The notes: generated by a model from the sequence alone, not told the origin. 57,090 nt of DNA, filler included, from Sphacelaria rigidula (GCA_964200075.2; 6 parts of 6 records of this genome joined end to end with filler, not necessarily neighbours in it); one strand, 5' to 3'; positions 24,006 to 37,898 are shown, numbered from the whole stretch's first letter. Program-made: numbers and translations.

Positions 24006-24089
24006 CTCCACCCTCTCCTGCAGTGTTGCTGGTGAAAGTCGTATCGCCATCGATGGTCATGTTGCAGTTATTTGCAACGATAGCACCGC
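24006..24089 (-). CDS. Exon of the PMP-repeat adhesin-like gene
   Basis: CTGCAG| ... GGAG|GTGAGA, 84 bp, phase 1-1: GGAIVANNCNMTIDGDTTFTSNTAGEGGG. Confidence 0.9.
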
Positions 24090-25722
24090 CTGCAGCGAAA
24101 ACCCGACGCGCGCAGAATTCGGATGCAGTTGGGGTATCGGATGTCACATCTCCAACGCAACAATTGGAATGCGTAGCGTGAGGTGGGGATCGCCACGGTG
24201 ACATTTCTTGCCTCTCAGTGCTCTTTTCTGCACACCCGTCATGTTTCAGCGATGGATGGCAACGTAGCATCGAAACGAAATCGATGGTTGCGAATGTTTC
24301 CGCACTGGAACTACGGTGGATAGTTTGGAGCTCCGCAAACGTTGGTCGGAAGGCGAAGTTGTTGCCATGTTAATTGATGGTACTCCGAAGCTTTCTTCTT
24401 CAGAGCTTCACCCAAACGGGAAGCGATGTTATCATACTGTAGTGTCGCTTGTAGCGTGGCGCACAGTTATGCTTCGTTCGAGCACGCACCTGGGGATCTG
24501 CGGCCATATCTAGTAGGGTGCGCGCTGTCTTCGCGTCATACAATTACCGAGATGTGCTCACCTCTTCTGTCCTTTCCTGTCGCGACTGTCGATCGTCGGG
24601 TCATCCTCATGTACGATATGACCCTTTCGCGGCGCAGAGGATCACAAGCTACAGTACAGAAAGCCGTTGGTTTGGCGACTTTTTCGTATTGTTTGGGACT
24701 CACACATTCCTGATGGCTAATGGTGTCCTGCATCCAATGCGGCCTAGCATTGGCGACAATCCGTATCTTTTCCGAGTCGAGGTTGTGCCACAGTTCAAAT
24801 ATCCCAAGCAAAAGCCGGTTTAGGTATGACGACCCAGGTACATACACTGAGGCACCCTCTGACACTTCCACGCCATCGATATAGTTAACGTGAGACATAT
24901 CCAGAAAATGAGAAATCGAGTTCGAAACATAGTTTCTTTGTCCCACTCTGCATACGTGGCTTTGCAGCCCCTTTTTTGAGAGGTCTACGTGGCTGAAAAA
25001 AGTGGTATCAACCCTAGCAAGGGTCGGACGAATTGATGATTTGTCCGGAAATTGCTTCATTTTAGAGTAACTGATTCGTACGGTACGAGTCAATCCTTGC
25101 GCTTTGTCGTCAGCATTTTAGCCCAGGTACGCGAAGACCGGGCACGTGGAATGGCGCAAACGTTGCGTGGAAGTCTGTTTGACCAGCGGTCGATTTGTTT
25201 CTCTCTTTCGATCAATCAGGCCTGGCAAATCCTGGATTTGGTGAATTGAACCGGCGATGATTCGTCCGCACCGTGAACCCCAGTGTGACGAGGTAAGATA
25301 CAAAAAACAAATGTGTTTCCAATTGTCTGAGAAAATGCTAAGAGAGAGCGGTGCCTTGGACATGAGACCCTTGATCTCTCCCTCGTTGCCTGGCCTGCCC
25401 TTGAAACTCAAGAGTCGCACTATAGTGCAGCCGCGTTTCTGTTGCTTTCAGAGCTCGCTAGAGCCGCGCCGGGTGAAATTAACTTCAATGTGGCGCACTG
25501 AGCAAAACGAACATAGCTTGGGAATGCTGCATTTCCCTGTTAAAGGAAAATATACAGCGACTTATCGGCGATTTGTTTTACCGATTTGCATATCCAGGTC
25601 ATGCTACGATGGTCTGGGTTACCATAAACCTTGGGGGGTTGGCCCCTGCGCGCGTCTGGGTGGAAGGGGCTAACTTCAAGCGAAGTAACATCCCCTTAGA
25701 CGATTCTACTTCCGGAGTGTAA

Positions 25723-25835
25723 AGGGGGAGCGTACTCCTTTGTTGCTTGCCTTTCTCGTTTGACCATTGAACACGCATCCCTTTCGAGATGGAGCACCGT
25801 TCTTACTCCCCATGTAGCCACCTCCAACATTCAAG
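25723..25835 (-). mobile_element. LINE 3'-end fragment
   Basis: Matches 3675-3780 and ends GAGTACGCTCCCCC on the minus strand. Confidence 0.8.
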
Positions 25836-26977
25836 TGCTCAACATGCTACTATCATTGTCTCTCGGTCTGGGCCGGATTTCAGTCATAAATTGATGAGCA
25901 GGGGCGAGTTAGGCCATGGGAGAATGGGATGTAGGAGAATGGAACTGGTTAGGTGGCGGCAAACTCATCGGGAAGAGGTGATTCGTCGTGGTCCACAGGA
26001 GTTGTATCGCTTAGCCCGCTAGAGGAATGAGACAGAAGCCTTGTGTTTTCGTGCAAGCTGCTATCGGTTGCTTGCTGCTCTCTCTCCCTTTGCCTCTCCC
26101 TCTATCCATGTCAAGTGTGAAAGGATTTCGCGAGCGAAGAATTTACAGCGTGTTTCAGCTGCAAAGGTGAACGTTTGTAATTTTTGGTAGTTTTCTCGGG
26201 TGCCACCGCTCATCCCAGCGATCGTTTGATTCCGAAGTTGGGGGATTGGGAGATACTAGGCATCCGCTCCACATTCCGAAACAAAGATCCTTTCTGCGCT
26301 CAATATTGAACGACTTACGGGCTAAACTGACAGCGGGTGTTATTTTGTTGGAAATATTGTCTCGTGTTGTGTGGTACTGTCCTCAAGACAGACCGATTAC
26401 CATCGCTCAGACAGTAGTATGTGGCAGAGGGTGCACCGTGGTGTTTGGACCACTTGCTTCTGCAGCAGAAGATCGCAAAGACGGATGGCGTTTTAGGGGC
26501 TCTTTACTTGGCTGAACAAAGTCGAGCAGCCTCTTTTGCAAGCAGAGGGCTAGAGGAAACAACGGAGAGTGAAAGCATAGGCGGTGGCAGTGACCGACTC
26601 CAAGCATCCCCAAACTTGGAACAAAAACCAGATTCCCTACACGTACGTAGCCTCAATCGTATCCTTAATTGAAAACTGTTGACGCGTTGGTCTTTCCAGC
26701 TCGCAGACTAGATCTACTGCAACCTACCTGACCTAGCTACCTTGATACAGTACACTACTGTAAGACAAACCATGACAGTACACTCCTTACTGTAGTATCC
26801 TACGAGCGTACGTGACAAAACATGAAAGATACCTGTACAATCAAAAGGTATTGCATGAAACGACACTACTTTGTTCATAGTTTTGTTGAACCGCTAGAAG
26901 TTGTACCGCTATTCGATATAGAGTCGGAAACCAGAACACGGAACATACAACCAGATCATGAACTGTTCATCAATTTC

Positions 26978-27342
26978 CCCACTCTGGACAATACAATATG
27001 TTATCAATATATATTAGTCGATCATATTGGCATTTTGCGATATATTGCCGGCGTAATATATATTGGTACGCTTGTACTACACGTATTGCGCGCCCAATAT
27101 ATTTTGATGTCGTGGGACTGCCTGCATATTGCCCGCCCAATATATATCGATACCGTGGAAATACACACATATTGTCCCCATCAATATATGTTGGGGCAGC
27201 GTGGGCGACGACGTATTGCACGACCAATGTATATTAGGGTCACATTGATGATGAGAACATATCGACCGGTCAATATATATTGGGGCCGCGTGGGTGCCGA
27301 TGTATTGGCCGGTCAATATATATATTGGATATTGTAACTATG
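26978..27342. repeat. ~43-bp minisatellite (8 units) starting at a TIR-like CCCACTCTGGACAA
   Basis: Core YATTG(N5-6)CAATATATATTG recurs at 27005, 27054, 27095, 27138, 27182, 27225, 27271, 27314. Confidence 0.85.
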
Positions 27343-28239
27343 GTGCACGCTTCAAGAAAGATCCAGACGCAGTGGATGCCGGAGCCCGTGCAGATTGGGA
27401 AAAGCTTTGAAGAAAGCCGCAGAAGTTCGCGTGCATTGCTACGAAGAGTCGTAGAATACGCTTAATATATATGTACATTTATCATTTCACTTTTTTCACC
27501 ACTTTTGCCGAGTTTCCTCAGGCGGCAACGCGTTTCGTCACGCGCTTTTTTTTTATTTGCACGAAGAAGGTGCAGCGGTACATTGCCTTTCACGTTTGGG
27601 TGTCATCTGATGCCTGTGGCGCTGGCGTACGCGTCCTCTTGCTGCTTTAACGCTCGCATGTTCTGGCCATCGAAAGTCGCCCACACCGGCTCTATTTCGC
27701 GGGGTGTCGATCCCGAACCACAAACGCCCACCAAGTCCGTCGAAAACTTCAAACAAGATAACCACAAAAGCCCGCTCATGGCGGGGTATTTTCTCACCTT
27801 GATTTTCTTTGCGTTCCCGATAATTTGGGAACACAAAGACAGCGGTTATGTCACGAGAACATGAAAGCAAAGCAGTTGAAAACAGCAGGACATTACCTTG
27901 ACTTAGTCAGGAGCAAACACAAGTCGAATTATCTGAGATCCCTCATCATTTAGTTTTGACGTGAAGCATCTAACGCGGTCATATCTGCGTAATGTGTGCC
28001 CCAATTATGCGAACATAACAATCCAAAAAATCATGGTGAAGAACACTGAAGAATGTGCAGATTGGTAATAGAGGAAGGGGTCACAGTCACAGCTGCAGCA
28101 GGGGAAGTCGCTCATGGCCTGGTGTGCATTGATACGGTGGATACCCACGGTGCGTGGCATTATATTTTTTCAAGCCCCTGCTGTCTGATGACGGCTACAG
28201 AGAGTGGGTACAGTGACAGTTGAGCACGCAGGCTGCGAA

Positions 28240-28497
28240 GAGGTGATCGATGACACGAAATTCGACGAGAGTATATGGATAAGGGTACCAGGAGAGCGGG
28301 GAACGAAAGACTTCTTCGTCGGAACATCTATATGCCCCCAGAATCGAAGAGTACGGTGGACCGTATTCAGCGTAGGTTTGGTGAGATAGCAGCAGATGTA
28401 CATAAGTACGAAAGGCAAGGAGAAGTAATGTTAGCGGGAGATTTTAATACAAGGTTAGGAAGAGCAGGTCAACCGGATGATATCATTGGGCAATACG
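28240..28497 (+). pseudogene. LINE APE-type endonuclease fragment (one frameshift, cut by the contig end)
   Basis: ESIWIRVPGERGTKDFFVG / IYMPPES...GEVMLAGDFNTRLG; the GDFN motif is diagnostic. Confidence 0.9.
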
Positions 28498-28597
28498 NNN
28501 NNNNNNNNNNNNNNNNNNNNNNNNNNNNNNNNNNNNNNNNNTTAATTAATTAANNNNNNNNNNNNNNNNNNNNNNNNNNNNNNNNNNNNNNNNNNNN
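28498..28597. other. Artificial contig-joining spacer
   Basis: N44-TTAATTAATTAA-N44. Confidence 0.99.
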
Positions 28598-28674
28598 TGG
28601 CTGATGCGCCCACATATACCGAAAGGTGTAGACTGGTGCTCAGAATAAATGGGACGACAACACACACACACACT
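28598..28674 (+). mobile_element. 3' end of the tRNA-derived SINE with a (CA)n tail
   Basis: Matches 41613-41690 (GGCTGATGCGCCCACATAT...CAGAATAAATGGGAC..CACACA). Confidence 0.85.
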
Positions 28675-29663
28675 TTCTCTGGACTCGACTGTTTTTTACC
28701 GCTCTTTGACGAAAATTCATGTTTGGCCAACATGAAAACTGCGGCCACCAAAAAACGGGAAGATGCCCTGGAACCGCCTCAACTCGCACAGCAAGTCATT
28801 CCAAGGTGTCAAACTCTGCCTGGCTCTCTTTTGGGACGTAAACATCGTAATAAAAGCTCCAAAAAGGCACTTTTTTTTCCAGATTTTTACTTTTGTCTGT
28901 TGTAAGGAGCGGCCTAACTCATGAAAAAAATAAAACTTGAGTGCACTGGTATTTGTTTTTTCTATGCCTTATTCATTGTCCATACCAAATATCAGGGTCC
29001 AACTCAAAATAAATATTGGCCGGTCAATAGGTCTGCAAACTACAAATTCGCTTCTTGGCTGGCCCAGCGTGTATCTGGGCAGGAATCCTTATGGGCGAGC
29101 TCTGCAGGAGGAGCGAGACATTTCATAACATACCAATGCATCTTATAAGTTTAATATACGCTTATGTATCACCTTTAGCACATGTATTTGTATTTAATTC
29201 ATCATGTTCAACGGTTTTCGGGCGAATGCGTAGCTCTAGACTACTGTAAATAAATGTAGAGGACAGGGTCAGATGAGACCCCTACGGCCAACGGAACTGA
29301 ACTAAACTCGGGCCTAATGTGGTGACCAGAACATACATTTTGCAAGAGGATCGAAGAATCACCAGACGAAAGGGGTACAGTACTGAATAAAGCCCGTGGC
29401 TGTTGAGTCCGTGGCGGTTGAGCCCGTGGGTATTTGAGCGAGTGGCCGCAAAACGTCATGATAAGTAAGTGCCGTCGCCAATTCTTAATCTTACAAGATT
29501 CTTGAGTTATTCTTACTTCTAATTTGAAGCTCGGCGCTGTCTGGGAAACGCTCTGGCGGTGCAATAACAGAGCAGTGTTCATCCAGCCAGCGATTTGGCC
29601 AATTCTGGGACACCAAGTTCTGGGCGGGGCAAAGACGTTGCCCCAGTATAGTGAGCGGAGGGA

Positions 29664-30384
29664 ATGGCGGCCGTGAGGACGTCACGAGCTTGGCAGGGTT
29701 TCCGCTACTCCAACCTCATCGCCACAAGCGCCCCAGCTAGGGTAAGTGTGTGACTTTAAGCTGCGACGAAGTGGAAGCCTCACCCGTAAAGCACGACACT
29801 TTCTGGTCGTACGTTGACTTGTACACACACGTACACGTGATCCTCATCTTAACGCATCCCACCTCTGTCCGCGGCGGTCCCATTACAGACGAGCAGAAAT
29901 GGAGATGTGGAAGAGTCTGATGGCGCAGAGGAGGATGGCTTTGTCGGCACTGGATGCGACGGATCTCAGGTGAGTGATGACTCCAACTCCTTGCCGATAC
30001 CCTTCCTTTTATATTCGCGTGGAGTATGGTGTATACTCACTAATCTCGGTATGACTTTCTGTCCCGTGGTGTTTCGCCTCGTCTCGTTCAGAGTGACGTT
30101 GGGTAGCGATCCCGGCTTTACGGGGGCCCACCAATCCCGAGAAGACACGATCAAACCGAGAGTACCGTGTAGTCAAGACGAAACCGTTTCATAGAAGATA
30201 TACATGTCGTTATGAAAAAGGAGCCCCATAAATGTAGCAGTCGTGATGTCCTCTTGTGTGTTGCTCGCGAATGGTCACCGTGCCTGTCGTGCAGGAAATG
30301 ATGATGGAGATCATGGACAAATATGTACAGGCAGGAGAGGCCCTCGCAGAGAAGGAGAACGACGTGAGGCAGCTCGCGAAGCAG
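29664..30384 (+). CDS. Partial spliced gene, coiled-coil protein; exons 29664(?)-29741, 29889-29969, 30295-30384
   Basis: Strong donors GTAAGT, GTGAGT, GTGAGT and CAG acceptors. Phase-0 joins give ...TSRNGDVEESDGAEEDGFVGTGCDGSQ|EMMMEIMDKYVQAGEALAEKENDVRQLAKQ. The first exon boundary is uncertain. Confidence 0.65.
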
Positions 30385-33300
30385 GTGAGTCAACTAAACT
30401 GTGTTGCCACTATACCGTACTCATGTTGTACTTTTTGACTTACTGGAACACGGTGCTGCTTACGGAGTTCAGTCTCACGGTACCGCGTGATGCATTTTGT
30501 CGAGTTCGAGATGAACGCTCTGGGATATACCGAATACCGCCAGCAACCAGGTTGTCCTGATCCTGTCTTTGTGTTGAGATTTTTCTTCTCTCCATTTAAG
30601 TGACGGTCGGAGTCTCACAGTTGGTTTTGATATTGCGATGTAACGAAGGTGGAAAAACCCAGTAGATACCGTGCCGGATGTTTGTACCCCGTCGTCTACG
30701 TTTTCCTTATGTCTCTAGTCTAGCAGAAATGTTGGATTACTGACCTGGTGCGTGTTGGTGCTACGCGAGTCCTCAGGTGCAGAGTTGGCGTGGAATATTT
30801 TCTCTTCTAGTTGGGAAAAACATGTTTTTTTCATCTACGACTACGATAGGGGAAAGACATGTGCGCACCCGCGTCTCTACACCCCTCTCCGTTGACGGAT
30901 CAAAAGTCAATCCGTCCAATGTGCACAAGCAGCTAGGATATCAGAGGGAACTGCTAGTACGCGACAACTACAATACGAAGCAATGACGGAGTGTTCCGAT
31001 CCACCATACCCCTCCCGTTAGCAGCGTGATCGGGGGCATAACCAACAACTACCGCACAGGAACTGGCGCGAATGTGGATTCCGCTGCGGCACATCTCTCC
31101 GCATGTATATTGATTGACACATTGTAATATTGTGCTGTAGAGGACGCTCGTCTTTTGGTTGACCAACGAGCAGTTTATCAAAACATGTCGTTGCTGCCCG
31201 GACATCTAGCTTCGAGTTGAGTCTGTCAGTGACAGACGGAAGTAATCAAAACGACAGGCACATCACTCTACTGTGCTATGCGGTGTGATGCAGTGCGGTT
31301 CTGCGCTGTGTTGTGCCACCACTTGCCCCTAGTGCTATCACTGACTTTGACCGGTATGGGATATGCATGGACCCTCTTTAGGTCGTGTGTAGTATTTTTT
31401 GTCATGTGCGTCATTCTCTACACCAACTATTAATGCTCGCCAGCATAACGCGCTTCGGGTTGTCAGTTGTCAGTGAGCCTGGGGCCCAACCGGGTTGACT
31501 TGCGAATAGTTATGTTGACAGTGGGACGTCGATGGTTCCCGTGCGTTTATTGCCCACAAGGACGATGGGCTACCGCCCCTGTGTACCGTGCTGGCTGGAA
31601 TCCCACGATACTTGTGAACTCTTCGACGAAATGGCAAATCTTACCCATGTGAGAACTCATGAGCACTTGCCATCCCGTTTTCCATTTCTCACCTCATGAA
31701 ATGGAAAACGATGGTTTCATGCCAAATAGTTGTCGGTCCATGCCTCATGTTTTACATCTCGTCAAAAGGTGTCGTGCGGCATCACAAGTGCCCAACATCA
31801 TGATCACCCCCAGGAATAGCATAATCAAACCTGTACTCGTCTGCATATGCACGTCAGTACGAGCAGTGCTAATTTTTGGGGGTACCCACTGTTCAAGCCT
31901 TGAATGGAAGCCGACACTGCAATGGAAACAAGGTGGTCCATATTTCCAAGTAAACAAAATGAAAAACGTCCATGATAACGGCCGTCACTATCGACTCAGT
32001 TTTTTCGGAGATCGCCAAGATTTTAGACGTTTTCGCGCGTGGAGCTTGGCGTTCTCCGAAAATGACGCGGCTAGATTTTTTCGCCAAGCTTTCACGTTTG
32101 GCGAACGCCAAATATTTCGGACCGCAGCGCCATACTCCGCATAGCTGCCCTTGGCGCACGCCGTGGCTCTTGCAAGCATGCGAGAATCATCAGGAACCTT
32201 GCCACTGACACCCTGGTCTATGTCGTGAAGTAAAAAGCACCGCGGGTTGGTGGTATCTGTATCCTTAGGCGGTGTGTGCCCCGGCAGCGGTGTTGGAGCT
32301 GTTGGGGCCAAGCACGGTGGTCGTCGTTTGCAGATATACGCACTTTCGAAGTGAAGAGCAGGAACAATCCAGTAGCTACCTACTTACCTGCAGTGCTGCT
32401 ACGAGTGTACGCTACCGCACCGTCTGAAAAGTGTATAGCTGGTGGTTTAATTGGATATATCTGCGCATACAAAGCACAAAAAACAAGCATGCTGCATTCT
32501 GTACACGAGGCTTTCTACAGTCGGTATTTTTACTCATGTATGTTGCTCCAGCATCCCAAGAGAGGCGGTCGATCATGCCCTAGCCTGTCCGACCGCACCC
32601 CCGTGTCACAGAGAGTTTGTGAGGAGGATGCGTACCACAGTTATGAACGGCATACAAGGGCAGGTTGCATAACCCTGTCCTTCATTTTGCTGGCGAAGGC
32701 AAGCAAACGACGAAATCAGCACCATCTGTAATGAGATATCTAACAGCAGCAGTAGATCTATATGCCCTAGGCGATTGCCGGAATTTCAGACCTTATCCCA
32801 TTTTTTTCATGTGTCGATAATAAGGGCCCTAAAACTGATGACCCTGGGACTGCAAACCTATTCTTGGAGCAGTGTGCCGACTTTTAGTCCAGATACATTA
32901 AGGAGTTTCCACCGCGCGGGGGAGGCGGGGAGGGAATGGAAAGGGGGTTTCCGCATCAACCGAAAAGCCTTTCAAGCCAATCATATCTGAAAGGGAAAGT
33001 CATGTCGAGAGTGAAGTTTGAAGCGAGGCGGGTGGCCATTTTGGTCAGTAGAGTTCCACCACTTGGTACTTGCTTGATTTTGGGATGAACAAAAATCCAA
33101 AGAAAAATCCGGATCTTTAATGGCAATGCTTTGCTCCTAGCGTGTGCAAAACGCGTTCTTGTCTAAATCGGCGCCTGGGGCGCCGACTTGAGGTCGGGCA
33201 ACGCACACTTTGCACACGGAACACGTTGCACCCCCTTTGCTCGAGGGTTCTCGTGATGCCTTCGTTGGGGGTTGGGGGTAGTGTTGGTGTATATTCGAAA

Positions 33301-33389
33301 TCATGAATATTCGAGAAATTCCCCACCCCCACCAAGTGGTGAACTCACCGCACAGGACCCATACATGATAATGATTTTGTAGTAACTTA

Positions 33390-33487
33390 CCCTTGGATGA
33401 CGAGAATAGGTCATCTGTTGAATCGGCATCGGATTCACTTGAAAAAAGGATACATGATCCAGATGAACTACGCTCGCGGTCTAAGGC
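33390..33487. mobile_element. Degenerate copy of the 100-bp piggyBac-type MITE
   Basis: CCCTTGGATGACGAGAATAGGTCA...CACTTGAAAAA...CGCGGTCTAAGGC. Confidence 0.7.
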
Positions 33488-34391
33488 TCGAGTTATTGCG
33501 CGAAGCGCGATTATGGCCGAGCGTTCAAGATCGGCACCCGAAAAACACTCAAGACCCGTTTAAAATCAGTCGAAGAACTCGAACATTGGACATATCCTGT
33601 TTCATTGTACTGTAATACAAACACACGCCCATGTCCGCTCTCCGAGGTGCTGTGGCTATCACTGTTCTGTGGTGTGTCAAGACCTTACGAAGATGGTTCG
33701 GTCTCCGCTGAGATTGCTCGAGGTTATGTTTGTCTTCGTAAAATATAGTACCAGTCGGGATGCCGTGCGGTCTACACACTTGACTGTTGTTGACAACTTC
33801 ATGTTACCTGAATCTATCTTTTGCGTAACCGAACATGGCTGGGTAAAGACACACAACAAGCGCCGGTATACACCGCTCGACCGGCTCGGCCAGACGTCGT
33901 GCTCCGATGAAAGGAGCAACGCACAGCACAGTGTGAATATACTGCACCGCTAGGGTACTGCTTGCACCCGTCAGCATGGCGGCTGCTGCCGCTGGCATCG
34001 GCGCCAGCGCTCGCGGCCACGGAAGACACAACCACAACCAGCAATACTAAGATGTGGATATACCGATACACGAGCATCGCAATGACCCACTGCGGCGGCA
34101 ATGTACCACTTGCTGTTTGCTTGTCTGCTTGCAACTTCGTTTCCCTGCTGCTGTCATATCCGTCCCGGCGTACACTACAGGTGTGACTCGAGTCTGCGAG
34201 CCAATCACGAGCATTTTTGACTACATGATTCAGTACGAAGGTCGCATTTCAGTGGCCCTAGATTCCGCCGATTACTCACTGAAGGGCCTCTGATTGGTTG
34301 AATTTCACGTTTCCCTACAAAAATCTATCCCGATGTATGGGCCTTGTGCCAAACTGACCTCAATTTCGTCATTCGATTGGTCAACGCCGCC

Positions 34392-34470
34392 GCGCCCCGG
34401 TGGTGTATATTCAAGTTGTCCGACTGTGACCATTAGGGTGGAGAGAACGTAGGTTCGATTCCCGATGCGT
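34392..34470 (+). mobile_element. tRNA-like SINE head (decayed)
   Basis: CCCCGGTGGTGTAT (A-box-like) and GGTTCGATTCCC (B-box); no intact cloverleaf. Confidence 0.45.
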
Positions 34471-37059
34471 TTGCTGTTTCTTCAAAGTATCTTATTTACA
34501 CCTTCGAAAGTGTGAGTGCGTGACTAAAACAGTAATTGACTGAATACTTTTACGCGAGTTGACTCGGCGCCGGAGTGCTGACCCAGTCGAGACCAAAGTG
34601 CAAGGCGTGTACGTGTAAGAGATGTGTTCATCTCTTCATACCACGGACTCGTCCCAAGAAGACGGGGGGGTCCAAAATATGACAAAATAAATATATATAC
34701 CATTAAACATATATACCATTAAACATATATACCCTTGAATAAATATATCGCCACCATGTTTCCCTCCGGATCGCCCACCTCGCACCCTAGCCTCATTGGA
34801 ACATTGGGCTACTGTACCGACTACTCAATCCTGAAGCACACGAAAACAGGTGCTTCTTGCTGTGCGCAGTCTTTGGCCACTCCTATGATATCAAGATAGC
34901 TGCACACTAAAGAGACAGACGGTACAAGAAACAGAGATGGGAGCGGAGAAGTGGCACTGTGAGCGCGTCACAGACGAGCTTACAAGCTTACAAGCTAACA
35001 AGTGGCTGCGCGTCGTGTGTCATCAGTAAAATGTGCGTGGGAATCTGAGAGTGTAAGAGTCATGTGCGCCGGAGCAGGATATCCAATCCTGAAATGAAAA
35101 TGAAGCGCCGAATATGGTCTAAGTGCTACTATACTCGAGAAGCAGCAGCTTGCAGTGCAATTGGGGCTACGGTGCTGCCTGCGCTCATCCCGTCACGATC
35201 AACCACATCTGTTCAAGTTTATGCATGCCATTTGTCATCATCCTTCGGTGAACCAGCGTGACTAACAATTCGGCGGAGTGAGGACATGAACCAGTACGGT
35301 AGCTTGTAAACGTCATATTACGTGTTGAGAGGCATCGCAGTTCGCGCGCAAATCGTACAGCGGGAAAAACTAGCCCGTGTCGCAGCCCGGTGGTGAAATG
35401 GTTCACCTGGAAGTCATCGCGGAGACGGACTCGATTCCCGGCAAATAAATTTGCCCTTCGTCTGACAGTGACAGTGAGGGTGACACTGACAAGTACTACA
35501 GTGACACAAAACGTTACAGTGACTGTATTGTACTATTACGTTCTTCACGAAGTCAATTGATATCCCGCGCAATTTTTGCATTCTGCGTGAGTTCTTCAGC
35601 TTACACGAAGTATATGTTTTCAGGAAGTTGATCAAAGTTATACAGGCTGGTACCGGCTGATCAGCCAAAAATCACTCATCGGCAAAACATCACGCCGTTC
35701 TATGGAGCTAGACCCTGAAATTTTGCACAGATGTTCTATGGGGCGTTACCAAACTTTCGAAGGTCGAGGTTTTTCGACTTTTTGACTTTTCCCACCGTTT
35801 TTCGGGGGTCCCATTTTTTCCGGGAAATATTGATCCAATCGGATTCTCGTAAAACGTCAAAAAAAAAAACTAAGAAAACCTCGTTTATTCAAAGTTACGT
35901 CATGACCCATAGCACATTTATGCAACATTTTAGAGTCTTGACTCCTCGAAACGGCTGAGGTTTTTCGCTTTTGTGCGATGAACTTTGCTGAGCCGCGGTG
36001 AAACCGCAAATTACTCGATTTGAGTACGAAAACGGGGTTTTGGGCCTTCTCTGACGTGAGCATGAACATTCAAGCATCAGTTGATCGAGTTTTGTGACGA
36101 AATTTTGTGGGACCCTTCCTCGGGTTCTGCGGCAACAGCTCGTTCACGAAAAAATAACGTAGTGCCGGTTTTCCGGGGTCCCAGGATGGAAACTTCTTCG
36201 AGCGACGACTTGGATCCTGTCGGACCCCCGAAAAATGGTCGAAAAACCAAGATGTAAAAAGAATCGGCCACAGGAAGTTGCGTATGATGCGCAGCATATT
36301 TGTGCAACTTTTGAGGATATAACGGCGTGAAGGTTTGCGCGTTTGCGGAGGACGCGGGCTTAAAACGTGCAGCTTCTAACTACTTGTTTAGTATGGAAAC
36401 TTCTTTTGGGATGAATTTTACGTCAAGGCGAGAAGAACTGTGTGAGGTTTTTGAGTTTCTCCACCAACATTTGTACGTGTGTTCCGTGGGCTATGCCGGG
36501 ACGCATCATTCAATTATGTTTATATTAGGGCATTCTGTACGGCCTTCCGGGGGTATTTATACTGGAACCCCCGGAAGCCGATAGAAAACGGGGAAACCAT
36601 GAAATACGGTCAAAAATACATTTTTTTCATATGGAGCATCAATACCTACGGAACTGCCAAGTTTGAGGGCGATCTAAGCTTTTCTACAACATATATACGG
36701 GACACCGTCACGAGACTCGCTGGGTCTTTCGTGTTCATCACTAGTGGAAATTAGACGACAACACCCGACATCACCGAAACATCACGGTTTCGGGTATGAT
36801 TCGACCGCCGCAGTAACTGTTTTGAACTATGTTTTTTTCGTTAGATTCCCGAGCCGATTACGGCTACTACGGTTTGAAGCATGTGGAGATTGGGTGAAAG
36901 TTGAGTTTGGAATTCGTAATTTCGATCTCGGAACAATTTGACGGGCGCTGGTCGGTCGATATATATTTTCGCCCTTAGCGCTACCACTATGGTCTTACAC
37001 ACAAATCCGGCTATGTCACGCTCTTCAGCTGTCCACGGCGGTCAGTATGATATCATATA

Positions 37060-37814
37060 CTCCCTCTGTTCCGATATATAAGCGTGATTTGGATATTCCG
37101 AATATACGCGTGGTTTGTGCTGTTACGCTCCAAAATAGGTCGTGTGGTCATTATGGGACGTGGGTCAACTTAGGAATATAATTAGATATCAAAATGGACG
37201 AAAAAAAAATCGGTTTGAATGGGCGGGGATATTCCGTTTGTCATCCCCTGGTTGTGAAATCGAGGAAAATCGAACATATTTGTACCCAGCCACGGGAGAA
37301 ACGAACTGCGGGTGCTGATGATCCATGGCCGCATTCAAAAAACAAACTCCCGGGCTTGTTTTATGACAGCACCGCCATGTTTGTCGAATGGTGTAGCTCG
37401 GACATCCCTCTGGGTGTCGGAGGAGGGGGTTGGGCGGGAGAGGGCGGGGGATAAGTTGGCGTGTGGACAGCAGCAGTAGAATCGCCACTACTACAGCCGA
37501 ATTACCTCCTCTCTTTCCTCTTTGTTGAAATTCTTGCGTTTTGCCTTCTGGGAGGCACTCCCAGCAGCATGCATTCCTCACCAGGAGATGGGAAGGCTTT
37601 TGGGCGGAGGTTTGCAGTTGGGGTGGTGAAATCGAGCAACTTCTGCTGGCGTGAGTTAGCCTTTTTCTGTAGAAATACAAAAAAACAGCGGTTCTGTGAT
37701 TACCGCGTCGGTTCGAAAAAAACAAAGAAAAAAACCGGTCCGAAAAATTCGTTCATAGGCCCGCGTTAGACCGCATTTTGTCCAAATCACGCTCATATAC
37801 CGGAACAGGGGGAG
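37060..37814. mobile_element. Stowaway-like Tc1/mariner non-autonomous element (755 bp)
   Basis: TA-CTCCCTCTGTTCCGATATATAAGCGTGATTTGGA ... TCCAAATCACGCTCATATACCGGAACAGGGGGAG-TA: 34-bp TIR with 3 mismatches and a TA TSD. Confidence 0.93.
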
Positions 37815-37898
37815 TATGCGACTATTGGGTAGGTATCGCGAAAGGCATTTGCTGATGACACAATTCTGGGTGATGGGCGTGAAACAGCCTGTCATTTC

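Noticed and set aside
26822-27337. 171-aa ORF
   Set aside because: It is a translation of the 43-bp minisatellite.
27500-27836. Possible transposase-like remnant on the minus strand
   Set aside because: Interrupted by a stop and has no diagnostic motif.
34392-34470. tRNA gene (also 41334-41405, 19066-19096, 56965-56995)
   Set aside because: Only A/B-box-like remnants are present, without acceptor-stem pairing; better explained as SINE heads.
35660-36800. TE-subterminal-like non-coding block (similar texture at 44300-44750 and 56600-57090)
   Set aside because: Termini and TSDs could not be defined by eye, so it was not called.
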